Positions 42,078-55,228 of a DNA stretch of 64,000 nt are shown one piece after another. Each line of letters starts with the position of its first letter. Within the stretch, counting starts at the first letter, position 1. Source of the stretch: Amoebidium appalachense. Lineage: Eukaryota; Protista; Ichthyosporea. The position numbers and the translations under genes were made by a program. The notes under the pieces are model-generated. The model searched no databases. It worked only from the letters and a program-made list of their open reading frames with translations, and was not told the origin of the DNA. The stretch spans positions 13,421,252 to 13,485,251 of the forward strand of contig CAVNZM010000003.1 of NCBI GenBank assembly GCA_963693365.1, read 5' to 3'.

Positions 42078-42522
42078 CTTCATAATATCTCTGTACTCGT
42101 TCGCACGAAGAAACGTGAGGTCGGAAACGGTGCTGCTGAAGTGACGAAAGCTGCTATAACGTGGCATGTTGTTGAATCGACGGTCAAACTCCCGTATGAC
42201 GTCCTTTGCAGCGGTGTCTGCTGCTAGGCCCACCGTTCATGTCCTCGCATACCTTCTTCACGTACAGTTTATATTCAATTAGGAGCTGGTTAAATACACC
42301 ACTGTCTGCCTGGTGCATACGTTCGATTGGGACACCCCATATCCACAGAAAGCCTGGGAACCCCGGGCACGCATTCTCCCAGAAGTCCTGCATGGAAGCC
42401 ATCTTGAGTAACTGTGTAGCTGCTGCTTTGTCCCCGGGAACACCGCTAGCCCTCAAGCCGAGGACTGCATCCCGCAGCGCCTTCTCCGCTTGCTCGTGGT
42501 GCAGTGCAGCGGGCTCCCAAAC
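42078..42522 (-). pseudogene. Plavaka-type transposase core exon (one frameshift near 42230)
   Basis: CTAAC...AAG acceptor; ERMHQADSGVF and EFDRRFNNMPRYSSFRHFS...LRANEYRDIMK match the D.LHQ..GVF and D.RF..MP....RHF Plavaka motifs. Confidence 0.8.
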
Positions 42523-42673
42523 CTTGGAGAGGTTAGTGCACGACACTCTGCATTTATTGCACGGACACGCAGTTGTAACCGCGCCCCTGCGCGTAGAAGT
42601 TGTATCCGGTGTCTACCTTGTACATGTGCAAACGCACGTGCTCGTTGGGGTCGGACACACACGTACCTGGTCA

Positions 42674-42772
<99 letters not shown>

Positions 42773-42777
42773 ACACG

Positions 42778-42833
<56 letters not shown>

Positions 42834-42849
42834 CCCAACACATGCACAT

Positions 42850-42916
<67 letters not shown>

Positions 42917-43554
42917 GGGGGGGGGGGGGGACCACAAAACCCACCAAGCCCCCCCACTTTCCCACCCGCCGGGTGGGAAAGTGGGGGGGCTTGGTGGGGT
43001 TTTGTGGTGCACGGCTAAAAATTGGTGCACACGTTCCTAGCACCCATATGCTACTTTGTACCAAGTGTCAACTGCTGCTTGCACGTGGAACACGTGTTAT
43101 TCATTATTTGGTGGTGCCCTGAGTAGTTGATGTTGCACATGCAGGAAATAATAACATTCGCGGGTGTAAACGTCGGGGGGGTTTTTCGGTATTTTGGCTG
43201 CAGCCCTGTAACTTGGCCCACACCTCCCTAGTACCTATATGCTGCAATTCCCAAAAGATGGATGCTCCCAGGCCATTGGTTCGTGGGTGGCAACAAAAGT
43301 GCACCTAGCCATATGAAGGCACATATAGGAAAAACGTACCCGCCGGGTGGGAAAGTGGGGGGGCTTGATGGGGTTTTGTGGTGTACGGCTAAAACTCGGT
43401 GCACACGTTTCTATCACCCATTTCCTACTTTGTACCAAGTTTCAACTGCTACTTGCTCGTGGAACACGTTATATTCATTATTTGGTGGTGCCCTGAGTAG
43501 TTGAAGTTGCACATGTGGAAAAAAAAAAACATTTACGGGTGTAAATGTAGGGAT

Positions 43555-45630
<2,076 letters not shown>

Positions 45631-46994
45631 CCCCCCCCCCGTGTGCACAGATATCATGATATATGTATTTAAATTATATGTATATTCATATATATAAATA
45701 TATATAAATATACTATATATATATATTTATATATATTTATATATCTATATTCTATAATATAAATATATTACAACTTTGATATAGTATGTAAAACGCATGG
45801 AGGGATTATCGGCTTGACTCAGCATCGGATTCGAACCACCATGCTTGTCCTGCTGTGTGATTGGTGTTTTGTAACCTGATTAATGATAATCAGATTGAAC
45901 CGATTTTTGTTCGGCTGTGTGATTGGTATTCATTAGTCACATTATGGATAATCCGATTATGCTCCTGTTTCTTGATTGGTCTTCTCCAATCATTAATGAT
46001 TGTCCGTTATGACTGTTTCTTTCCCACCCTTCGGAGGTCAGTTTCTATGAAAACTACTCCGGGACGTGTGTTGCCTCTAGGGGGACATCCCCTTGGACGA
46101 AAGTGAACCTGCAATGGTTGTAAACCACGGCAAGCCCCCAGTCATCAATTTATTGATCCGTGAGGTCCATGTGCCCAAAAAACGGGGGAAGTCTTCGCCC
46201 CGTGAAAAAACAGCACGTATGTGTGGATCAATGGGGGTTGTGTGTGGGTGTAGGTGGGTGGGTGAAAAAGGAATATATAGCTGTAAGGCTGTGGATGCTA
46301 AACACAGAATCTATGAAAACTACTCCGGGACGTGTGTTGCCTCTAGGGGGACATCCCCTTGGACGAAAGTGAACCTGCAATGGTTGTAAACCACGGCAAG
46401 CCCCCAGTCATCAATTTATTGATCCGTGAGGTCCATGTGCCCAAAAAACGGGGGAAGTCTTCGCCCCGTGAAAAAACAGCACGTATGTGTGGATCAATGG
46501 GGGTTGTGTGTGGGTGTAGGTGGGTGGGTGAAAAGGAATATATAGCTGTAAGGCTGTGGATGCTAAACACAGAAGATGTGTTTGTAGCTTGCTGATCTGC
46601 TTAAAACTGTCGTGCTTATATACCTAAGCCTACCGATCTGAGCCAATCAAAAATCGATCTAGTGATATGTGAAATCTGATCCGAGCCAATCATAACTCGG
46701 TCTAGTGATCTGTGGTATCTGATGTTTTGACTGGCTAATAGGTGCCCGTGTGCGGGCAGCCAACCGCTAACTGCTAAAACACGAAATGAAGCCTACATGG
46801 TTATGTTGGTATCGAACACCCATCCTACGTGTTTACCCAGAAAAATATTTATGTCAATAATTTCCACAAATAAAACCTCTATGAAAACTACTCCGGGACG
46901 TGTGTTGCCTCTAGGGGGACATCCCCTTGGACGAAAGTGAACCTGCAATGGTTGTAAACCACGGCACGAGAGCAGTATGCTTGCTCCAAAGGTT

Positions 46995-48057
46995 TCACTT
47001 AAGAATAGAGGCGAATACACGTGTGGTGGTGGCAGCAATGGAGGCCGGACGAAGTCGGGTATAGATCAGGAAGCAGTCGGAGGACCACCGGCCGAGTTGT
47101 TTGATCCGGGAGTCGTCGACCCCGGCCTCAGCCAGTGCTGTGGCCCCCCCGATGCGGAGGCTGTGTCCGGCAAACCGGGAGGGTGGGAGGCCTGCCCGGG
47201 AGAGGAGGGCACGGAAATCGGCAGAGAAAGCACTCTTGGTGTAGGGGATGCCACCGAGACTGAAGAGGGGGTCGTCGGGTTGACCGGACGTTGTATCCAG
47301 GAACTGCCGGAGGAGATGGGCTGGGGAGAAGTGGGTGAGGGGCAGGGAAGCTAGGGTGTGACGTTGACACCTCGGGCCTGTACATCCGTCTTAGAGGTTG
47401 GCAGGTGGAGGGTGGCATGGGACAAAGTACCGGTGGGGGTGTAGCTGAAGGTCACGTCCTTCCGTTTAACGTGACGGGACGGGTCGAAAGAAGTCAGGGT
47501 CTTGGAGGTAAATTCCCCTGAACGGAGGAGACCACAGAAACCGACGATGAGGGCCGTCCATAGCCGGAGATTGGCCGAGGAGGCCTTGGTGGGGCACTGG
47601 CCATGGAGTAGGCGGAGGTGGGAGGGGAGGAGGGGTTCCCTGGTGGATGAGCGGGGTCGGATGTTGTGAGAAAGCTGCCATCGGCCTACCCCCCGTAGGA
47701 ACCAGGCCAGAGACTTGTCGTGGGGGTAGGGAGCAGGGAGGCCCATGTCGAGGTGGAGCCTGGTGATGGCCGAATTGTAGCCGGTTAAGGAAGAGGCCTG
47801 TACCCCTCGTTGGGCACACCAGGCGAGAAAAAGTTGCACGGTGTGTGGGGAGGCCGGGAGGGAGGACCCGGAGGAGGATTGCAGCCGAGATGCCACACAG
47901 AAATCGATGAACACTTTTTGCACCCAGGAGTAAAAGGCCCGAGAGTCGAGGTTGAGACTCAGGGCCTGGCATTCCTGCAGGGTAGTGGTGGCTCGAAGCA
48001 GCTCGGCCGGAGCAAAGTGGGGGGCCAATCTGCCAGTGTTGCTCCGGAACGGGAGAT
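46995..48057 (-). pseudogene. Tyrosine recombinase (2-bp insertion near 47358)
   Basis: Same protein as other copies; frame break after GVNVT. Confidence 0.88.
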
Positions 48058-48085
48058 CTGGGGGGGGGGGGGGGGGGGGGGGGGG

Positions 48086-49768
48086 TTAGCCCAAGGGAAG
48101 GGATAGGAACTCGTGGACCCAGGAGGGGAAGGGGCAGGGCTCCGGTTGCAGGGAAGGTCGGAGTCGTCGGGCCCGGGGAAGTTGGTTACGAGAAATGGCA
48201 TCGGCCAGATGGTTGAGGGGTCCTGGTAGGTAGGATGCCTGTAACGTAAATTGGTATTGCATTTCCATGCGGGTGATGAACCGAATAAGTTTGGCCATCA
48301 CGGGGTGGGGGGAAGACCGGGAGTGCAGGTCAGACACAGCACCCGTGTTGTCGCATAAAATACGGACATGGTGGGTGGACCAGGAGGGGGCCCAGAGGGC
48401 CACGGCGGCTGCGATGGCCAGGAGTTCGATGACGGAAGAACCGAGTTTACCCTCATGAGCATAGAGGGCTTGGGTGGAGGGGGACCAGGGCATGAAGAAC
48501 CATTGGTCGAGCCAGTGGCCACCTAGACCCACCGATCCGGCAGCATCAGTGGCCAGGGTGGTGTATGTGGGGGGTGTGATGAGGTGCACCCCATTCCATG
48601 ATGTGAGGAACTGGTGCCATTCGGCTATGTCGGCCCGGGCGGCAGCAGTCAGTCGTATGTGGTGGTGGCCGGCAAGGTGTGGGTGGGTCCGGAGAAGGGC
48701 CCATAGGCGCTGGGAGAAGGCCCTCCCGGGGGGAACCAGCTGGGCACACCAGGTGAGTTTGCCGAGGAGGGACTGGAGGTCCCGAATGGTGATGGTGGGC
48801 TTTGGGTGGGAAGTGAGGTCGAGTAGGTCCGAGAGCTTGGAAGCCGGGATTCGTGCCTCCATGGCGATGGAGTCGAATTCGATACCGATGAAGACGACAC
48901 GGGTAGCCGGGCCCTGCATCTTGTCTTCGGAGATGGCAATGTGCAGCTCTCGGCAGAGTTGCAGGAAGGTGGATAGGTGACGTTGGCACTGCTCTTGTGT
49001 GGGGGCGACTATAATCCAGTCGTCTACGTAGTGGCGGATGAGGGTAATACCGTGCTGGTGTGCCAGCCACTGTAGGGTGGCCGCGATCCGTTCCCAGATG
49101 GCTGGGCTAGATTTCAGGCCGAAGGGCAGTCTGGTTTCAACGTAAAAATGCCCTTGCCATTTGAATGCCATTAAGTGGTGGTCTTCCGGTCGGATGGGCA
49201 TGTGCCGGAAGGCAGCCTGCACATCTGCAACGGCCATGTAGCAGCCGGGGCCTGCGTCGAGAATGAGTTGGGTGACATCCCGGGCGCGAATGTACTGAAG
49301 TTCGTCGGGGTAGGTGATGCTGTCATTGACACTGCTACCCCGGGGCCAGGAGAGGTGGTGGATTCGACGGTACTTGGGGGGGTTCCCTTTCTTGGTAACG
49401 GCGCCGATGGGGGAGGAACGGTGGACGGGAAATTCGTCAAAGAATTGGGCCGGGGAGAGGGGGCCGCGCAGGTGGCCGAGGGCGACTTCTTTGGCAATAT
49501 CCACCGTGATAGCGGCAGCTGCCTCCGGGGTGGTGGGTAGGTTGGGGCCCACCCGAGAGTTGGAGGGGCCGCGATAGCCGATGTCGACGCCGAATTCGAC
49601 ATCGTGGAGAAGTTGTGCGGCGAATGGTTGGTCCGGGTAGGAGGCCAGCAGTTCCCGGAGGCGGGAGGTGTCAATGTGGTGCTGGGGCAGCGGGCGGGCC
49701 ACCGGGTCTGAGCCTCGGGGGAAGGGGTGGTTAGCAAGGGTGGTGTGCCCTTGGGGAGATCCCGGCAG

Positions 49769-49823
<55 letters not shown>

Positions 49824-49918
49824 CAGGGCCCCGGGGGGTTAGAGTAGGGCAGCTGGGCCCAAGTGAGGGTTGGCAGGGAGGGCAGCGGGGCCCTGTGCAG
49901 GGGAATGTGCCCGAGCAC
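48086..49918 (-). CDS. RT-RNase H of YR retrotransposon
   Basis: 610-aa open frame with YVDD and RNase H motifs; non-ATG start in the ORF track. Confidence 0.93.
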
Positions 49919-50217
49919 GCGGGGGTTTGGGCGGACACAGCGGTAGAAGAAGGGGGGGGGGGGAGGGAGTGCTAGGTGAGTGTAAGGGGGGGGGGAGGCT
50001 CGTGGGATTGGGGGGGGAGTAAAATTATGTGCAGTGGCCAGAATAAACGTCTTTGTGTAGGGACATTTATTCGTGACGCGCGCGGGCGCCGTAGTTGGCC
50101 TGCGAAATTTTGTACTCAGCCCTATTGGCCCGTTCTCCCGAGCTCCGTTTCCCTGTACTCGTGTGTCCTAGCTCCTAACCCCTATGTTCTAGCTGTGTGT
50201 GTGGGTGTGCGCGTAGA

Positions 50218-51390
50218 CTAGGCATTGTGCTTGCAGTCTTTGCGGGGGTGTGTGCCAGAGCAGAGCGGGCACACGTGGGAGAAGGGGCAGGGCTGCTTAG
50301 CGCAGGACCGACCGTTAATGTGGAAATTCCTGCAGTGCGTCGCGGGTAGATCCACGGGTCGGGCCGGTTTTGCCGGGCCGGGTTGCGGGCCAGGGCGGTT
50401 CGGGGTGTGACCCCCGCCGGGCTTGTGGGGCGGCTTAAAGCCGTCAAGACCACAGCCGGGCTTGGGGTACATGGGGCAGGCCGCGCTGGGGTGGTCGGGG
50501 AAGCCACAGTGCTGACATGCGTCCGGGATGAGCAGAGTGGGTGGCAGGAGGAGATCCTGGTGGAGCTGGGCGAGCAGGTTGGGGCACTCGATCGGAGCCC
50601 GACCCTGCTGGTGGGCAACGGTGCGGGCGTATACGTCATAGTTGTGGATCTGGGCCCACGGGTATCGGGTGCTGAGGCGAGTGATGTGCTGAGTCCAAAG
50701 TACGTCTTTGTCCGTGGGAAGGCCGAGGTGGTGCTTGGCGGCCATGTAATGGGTCCAAGCTTGGATCCAAATGACGAGTGAACGCAGGGGAACGGGTTTG
50801 TCTTGGCGAAAAGTCTCGATGCTGCCGTCGTCGGCCATGCGCAGATGCTGACCTTTCTTGGATGGGGCCAGGAGGGCGGCGGGGGTGAACTTATACAGAT
50901 CGACGAAACGATTGGCGCGCAAATCTGCCAGCACATCCGCGGGGGGAAGCGGGAGTGTGCCCGGCTGAATGTCGCCAGTGTTCTCACCTGTGATGATGGG
51001 GGGCGCGGGCAGGGCAGGTAGGTCTAGGTCAGGGCCGAGATGCAGCCCCGGGGAAACCTCCCCGGGTGTGGAGGGCGCGGCGGGGGGCGCGGGAGGGTCA
51101 CGGTTGGTGAGAGCAGCCAGGACGCCAGCCATCTGGGTGCTGATGGCGGTGAGGGCGGCCAGGACGGCGTCTTGAGAAGTCATCTGCGGGGACGGCGGGG
51201 CCTGAGGGGGGACTTCAGGAGCGGAGGGGAGAGTAGCCGGCGGGTCCGGGTCCGTGGTGGTATGGGCCGCTGGAGGCGCGTCAGTGTCCGCGGGAGCGTT
51301 GGTCAGCCTGTGGCGGAGGTCGCTGCGGGTCAGGCGCTTAGGTGCCGCGGCAGGGGCGGCGGCTGAGGCCTGGCGCTTTTTCGGCGGCAT
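50218..51390 (-). CDS. Gag-like ORF1
   Basis: MPPKKRQ...CKHNA, intact. Confidence 0.9.
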   Translation of the reverse strand: MPPKKRQASAAAPAAAPKRLTRSDLRHRLTNAPADTDAPPAAHTTTDPDPPATLPSAPEVPPQAPPSPQMTSQDAVLAALTAISTQMAGVLAALTNRDPPAPPAAPSTPGEVSPGLHLGPDLDLPALPAPPIITGENTGDIQPGTLPLPPADVLADLRANRFVDLYKFTPAALLAPSKKGQHLRMADDGSIETFRQDKPVPLRSLVIWIQAWTHYMAAKHHLGLPTDKDVLWTQHITRLSTRYPWAQIHNYDVYARTVAHQQGRAPIECPNLLAQLHQDLLLPPTLLIPDACQHCGFPDHPSAACPMYPKPGCGLDGFKPPHKPGGGHTPNRPGPQPGPAKPARPVDLPATHCRNFHINGRSCAKQPCPFSHVCPLCSGTHPRKDCKHNA

Positions 51391-51895
51391 GCTGACCGGC
51401 GTAGGGAAAGATAGGGAGAATGAAAAGGAAATTGAAAAGGAATATATAGCTGTAAGGCTGTGGATGCTAAACACAGAAGATGTGTTTGTAGCTTGCTGAT
51501 CTGCTAAAAACTGTCGTGCTTATATACCTAAGCCTACCGATCTGAGCCAATCAAAAATCGATCTAGTGATATGTGAAATCTGATCCGAGCCAATCATAAC
51601 TCGGTCTAGCCGTCCTTGTTCTCCACCTTGGGGAGCTTCTTGATGTTGGCATAGTCGATCCGAACCAGCCAATCAGAGGAGAGTTGGGAGGACACATCCA
51701 ATTGTCGTTGGATAATGCACCGGATTTCACGAACCACGGTTTCATTGTCCCGTTTCCAAAGGATGGCGTTCTTCTTGACAGCATAAACGCCACCAGCGGA
51801 CAGCCGGAATCCAGCTTGCTGAACTTGGGAGGTGTGTCGGCCCGGAACAAAATAAGCTTCGTGAATCCCAAGTCACGTCCATAGGACCCTCACGT

Positions 51896-53074
51896 ATGCA
51901 CATGGCACCCACCCCAAATCCCCACTGGCACCCCTCGCCCGCACCGCCAGCGCCCGCCGTGGTCGAAGCACTGGTGGGGCGGGCCCTGGCCGCCGCCTGC
52001 GACGCCCATGCGGTGCAAATCCGCGAGTGCCACCTCACCCACAGCCGCACGTCCCTGGCCGCCGCCCGCACCGCCCGGCGCGCCATCCGCGACGCCGCCA
52101 GGCCCTGCGTGGCCCCCGTCCCCGACCAGTTTGCCGACCTCATGGCCAGCGGCGCCGTCGCCCACTGCCACGTCCCGGTCGACCTCATGGCCACCGAGCG
52201 CATCGGCGAGGGCTCCTTCAAGGTGGCCTACCTGGCCAGCCTGCCGGGGTCCGGGTGCGACGCCCGATTCGTGGCCAAGGTCAACAAGCGCGAGTGCGAG
52301 GACGCCATCCGCGAGACCATCCTGGCCCTCCGCCTGTGGAACAGCGTCGAGGTGCCCCGGCACGCCGTGCGGCCCATCCACTGCATGCTGTGCACGTGCG
52401 GGGAGAGTCCCCGGTGCGTCGTGTACGAGGAGCACTGCGCGGGTGGCGACCTGGCCGCCTACGCGCGCGCCGGCGGAAGGGTAGGGCCCGCGCTGCTCGC
52501 CCACATCCTGGGCGCCTACCTGATGTGCACCAGGGCGCTGGCCCGCCCCCACAAGGACCTGTTCCCCCGCAACGTGTTCCTGGACGCCGCCCCCGCCCCG
52601 CACGAGCCGGCCCGCACGGAGGTGCCCCTGGTCCCCGACCCCACCGACCCTGCCTCCACCGTCAGCCTGTGGGTGGACATGGAGGGCATCATCGTCCGCA
52701 TCGGCGACTGGGGAGTCGCTGCCCGCCAGGACCAGGGCTCCACGGCCGCCCCCGCCATTGGCCCGCCCCCGCCCAAAGGCATGCAGGCCATAAGGGACGC
52801 CTTTGCCGCCGACAAGAAAGACGCCAAAAAGAACGAGCGCGCCTGCCTCATGAACTCCACCCCGCCGTACGTGCGCGATCCCCTTTACCTGCTCAACGAC
52901 CTGCTCACCAGGGGGTGCTTGGACGCCCCCGCGGCCACGCTCGCCGCCGCCGGCGTGGACTACTGCCTGGCCGCCTGGGCCCGCGGTGAGGGCCTGCACG
53001 TGTCGTTTGTCGACCGGCTGCTCATGCACATGTTCATGGATCCCCGGCCCGGCATGGCCATGGTCGCCGGCTAA
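51896..53074 (+). CDS. Divergent intronless Ser/Thr protein kinase
   Basis: IGEGSFKVAY G-loop, FVAK, alphaC RE, HKDLFPRNV catalytic loop, IGDWG. Confidence 0.85.
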   Translation: MHMAPTPNPHWHPSPAPPAPAVVEALVGRALAAACDAHAVQIRECHLTHSRTSLAAARTARRAIRDAARPCVAPVPDQFADLMASGAVAHCHVPVDLMATERIGEGSFKVAYLASLPGSGCDARFVAKVNKRECEDAIRETILALRLWNSVEVPRHAVRPIHCMLCTCGESPRCVVYEEHCAGGDLAAYARAGGRVGPALLAHILGAYLMCTRALARPHKDLFPRNVFLDAAPAPHEPARTEVPLVPDPTDPASTVSLWVDMEGIIVRIGDWGVAARQDQGSTAAPAIGPPPPKGMQAIRDAFAADKKDAKKNERACLMNSTPPYVRDPLYLLNDLLTRGCLDAPAATLAAAGVDYCLAAWARGEGLHVSFVDRLLMHMFMDPRPGMAMVAG

Positions 53075-53082
53075 CATACGCT

Positions 53083-53676
53083 TCAACGCCACCGCGGTCC
53101 CCTCCGAGTCCTCGAACCGCCACGCATGCGCCGCAGCAGCGCCACCGTGGTGTTGTCCATCCACTGGTGGCCCATGTCCTGCCCGTGCCGCACCGCCTCG
53201 CGCTCCGTGGCGGCCACCGCGTCCACCATGGCCCGGAACCCCCGGTACAGGCTGCGGGACGCCTCGCGCAGCAGCCCCGCCCGGCCCTCGGCCCCAATCA
53301 CGTTCCACACGCCGTCCGAGCCCAGCACCACCGACTCGATGTGCTCGGCCGGCACTACGCGCACCGCGCAACCTCGTGTCATGGGCTCCACGTCGTACAC
53401 GTCCTCGCACTGCCCCCCGCGCTGGCACTGCCGCGCGCAATGGCTCAGGAAGTGCGTCATGTTGACCCGCCGCCGCCAGTACCGCGTCCGTCCCTTGACG
53501 TGGAAGTCGACCCCATCGGCCGAAAGCCGCCCCAGCTGCTCCGGGGTCAGGAGGTCCGCGTTGTGGTTGGTGGTCAGCCCCCCGCGCCTTGAGTATTTAA
53601 GGGGCACTGTGGCCCCACTCCCGTGTCCCGCGACCCCCTCCCATTCGAAGTCACGACGCAGACATGCCTGCATCAC
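53083..53676 (-). CDS. Short, divergent PP2C/PPM-like phosphatase
   Basis: LTTNH, VVLGSDGVWNV, DNTTVALL; N-terminal DGHG appears only as AGHG. Confidence 0.75.
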   Translation of the reverse strand: MMQACLRRDFEWEGVAGHGSGATVPLKYSRRGGLTTNHNADLLTPEQLGRLSADGVDFHVKGRTRYWRRRVNMTHFLSHCARQCQRGGQCEDVYDVEPMTRGCAVRVVPAEHIESVVLGSDGVWNVIGAEGRAGLLREASRSLYRGFRAMVDAVAATEREAVRHGQDMGHQWMDNTTVALLRRMRGGSRTRRGPRWR

Positions 53677-54133
53677 TATTTACCGACGCCGTTCCCAAGA
53701 GGGCCGTGGCAATGGTCGGGGACGTAGAATACCTGGAGGACGAGCTCCCCCCACCACAACGCGACTTCAGCGTAGCACGACCCCGCTCCTCCAACCCGCG
53801 CCTCGCATGGATGCAGGGCGGCGAGCCCCTACCCTCCAACGGCCGCGGGGCCCCCGGCGCCGGGCCCGACGCAGAGATGGACCCTGAGGATTTCAAACTG
53901 CCTCTCACTTTTCCTCCTTCTCACTGGTCACGCTTCACTTTCCCCGTGCAGGTGGGAGATGGTGCACTCGGGTGAGTCTTCTAGCAAGCAGCAGCAGCGC
54001 ACATGGCTGACCGCAAGATTGTTCGGTGCTGGTACATGACTGCCAACCTCGACATTCCGACATAACCAATTCCACGACACTGGTACCCCCCCCCCCCCCC
54101 CCCCCCACCAAAAAAAAAAAAGAAAAGAAAAGA

Positions 54134-54167
<34 letters not shown>

Positions 54168-54340
54168 ACACAGCTTCCCAAAGGCTTGCCTTAAGTTCTA
54201 TCATAAACTAATTTGCTGTTTGCTGATCTCTCTTCCCACTCACTTGGTTACTTTGGTGTGTGTGGGTGGTAGTGTGCATCAGTGTGTGTGTGTATATATA
54301 TGTATAAACATTGTGTATATATGTCGTTGATCACCATCCC

Positions 54341-54371
<31 letters not shown>

Positions 54372-55011
54372 AACGCCTGTTCTCCCACCTCTCCATTCCC
54401 CCCCATCTCTCTGTATGTGCGCACATGTAGGTGTGGGCCCGGGTGTGTATGCACAATAATGTATTTTGGTTCTCAATGTATCCCTTAGTAGTCGTTATAC
54501 TTGTAAAGGGTTACGTCGAGGCTTCCAGCAACCATATCCTATACAAATTGCACGAGGGGAGGGCATGACATGTACTAACCCTCCCCCCCCCCCCCCCCCC
54601 CCCACGCGGGAGCAGCTCGAGGACATGCGTGTTGACGGAGTGCCATGTGATTGACCTACCACCCAGTAACGACCCTGAGGACGTCAGCAGCCACAGCCAC
54701 AGCGAGGAACAAGAATCAGTGCCACAAGAGAGTCTGCGGGGAATAAGGCGACGAGCAAAGATTGGATTACTAGTAGTTGTCATTGTATTATGGTTAGAAA
54801 TCAAGCAAATAAGCAATTATTCTTGTAGAAGTTATAAATGCGCATGTTGATACGATAGAAAATGTAGAAGTTTGGAAGTTGGATAATAGCGTTTGTATCA
54901 CATGCTCCTGGGGAGCATGACTAATTAAAAAAAAACCTTAAGTGTGCAGCCGTCATTGAACATGTGTCACCATCCCAACGGGGGGGGGGGGGGGGGGGGG
55001 GGAAGGGGGGG

Positions 55012-55042
<31 letters not shown>

Positions 55043-55228
55043 GGGGAACCGGGGGGGGGGGGGGGGGGGGGGGGGGTGGGGAACCGGGGGGAGGGGGGGG
55101 GGAGGTGAATAGATAGAGAGATATCCATATGGACATCATTTCTATATTCAGATACCTATATAGGTATATATAGAAGTGGTATACAATCAATATCATTTCT
55201 AATATAGAATACATATTCAGCTAATAAA

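Larger units (their letters stand above)
46044..51609 (-). mobile_element. Near-full-length YR retrotransposon (46310-51609) with a 266-bp tandem duplication of its 3' end and a truncated A1
   Basis: TCTATG terminus at both 46044 and 46310; A1 breaks at TCGGTCTAG 51609. Confidence 0.93.

Noticed and set aside
51610-51890. Possible LINE endonuclease fragment on the minus strand (LGIHEAY...GGVYAVKK)
   Set aside because: Too short, with only weak resemblance; cannot assign
54012-54026. GCAAGATTG as the partner TIR
   Set aside because: Only a 9-10 bp match without the terminal CTG or AT flank; 60359 fits far better
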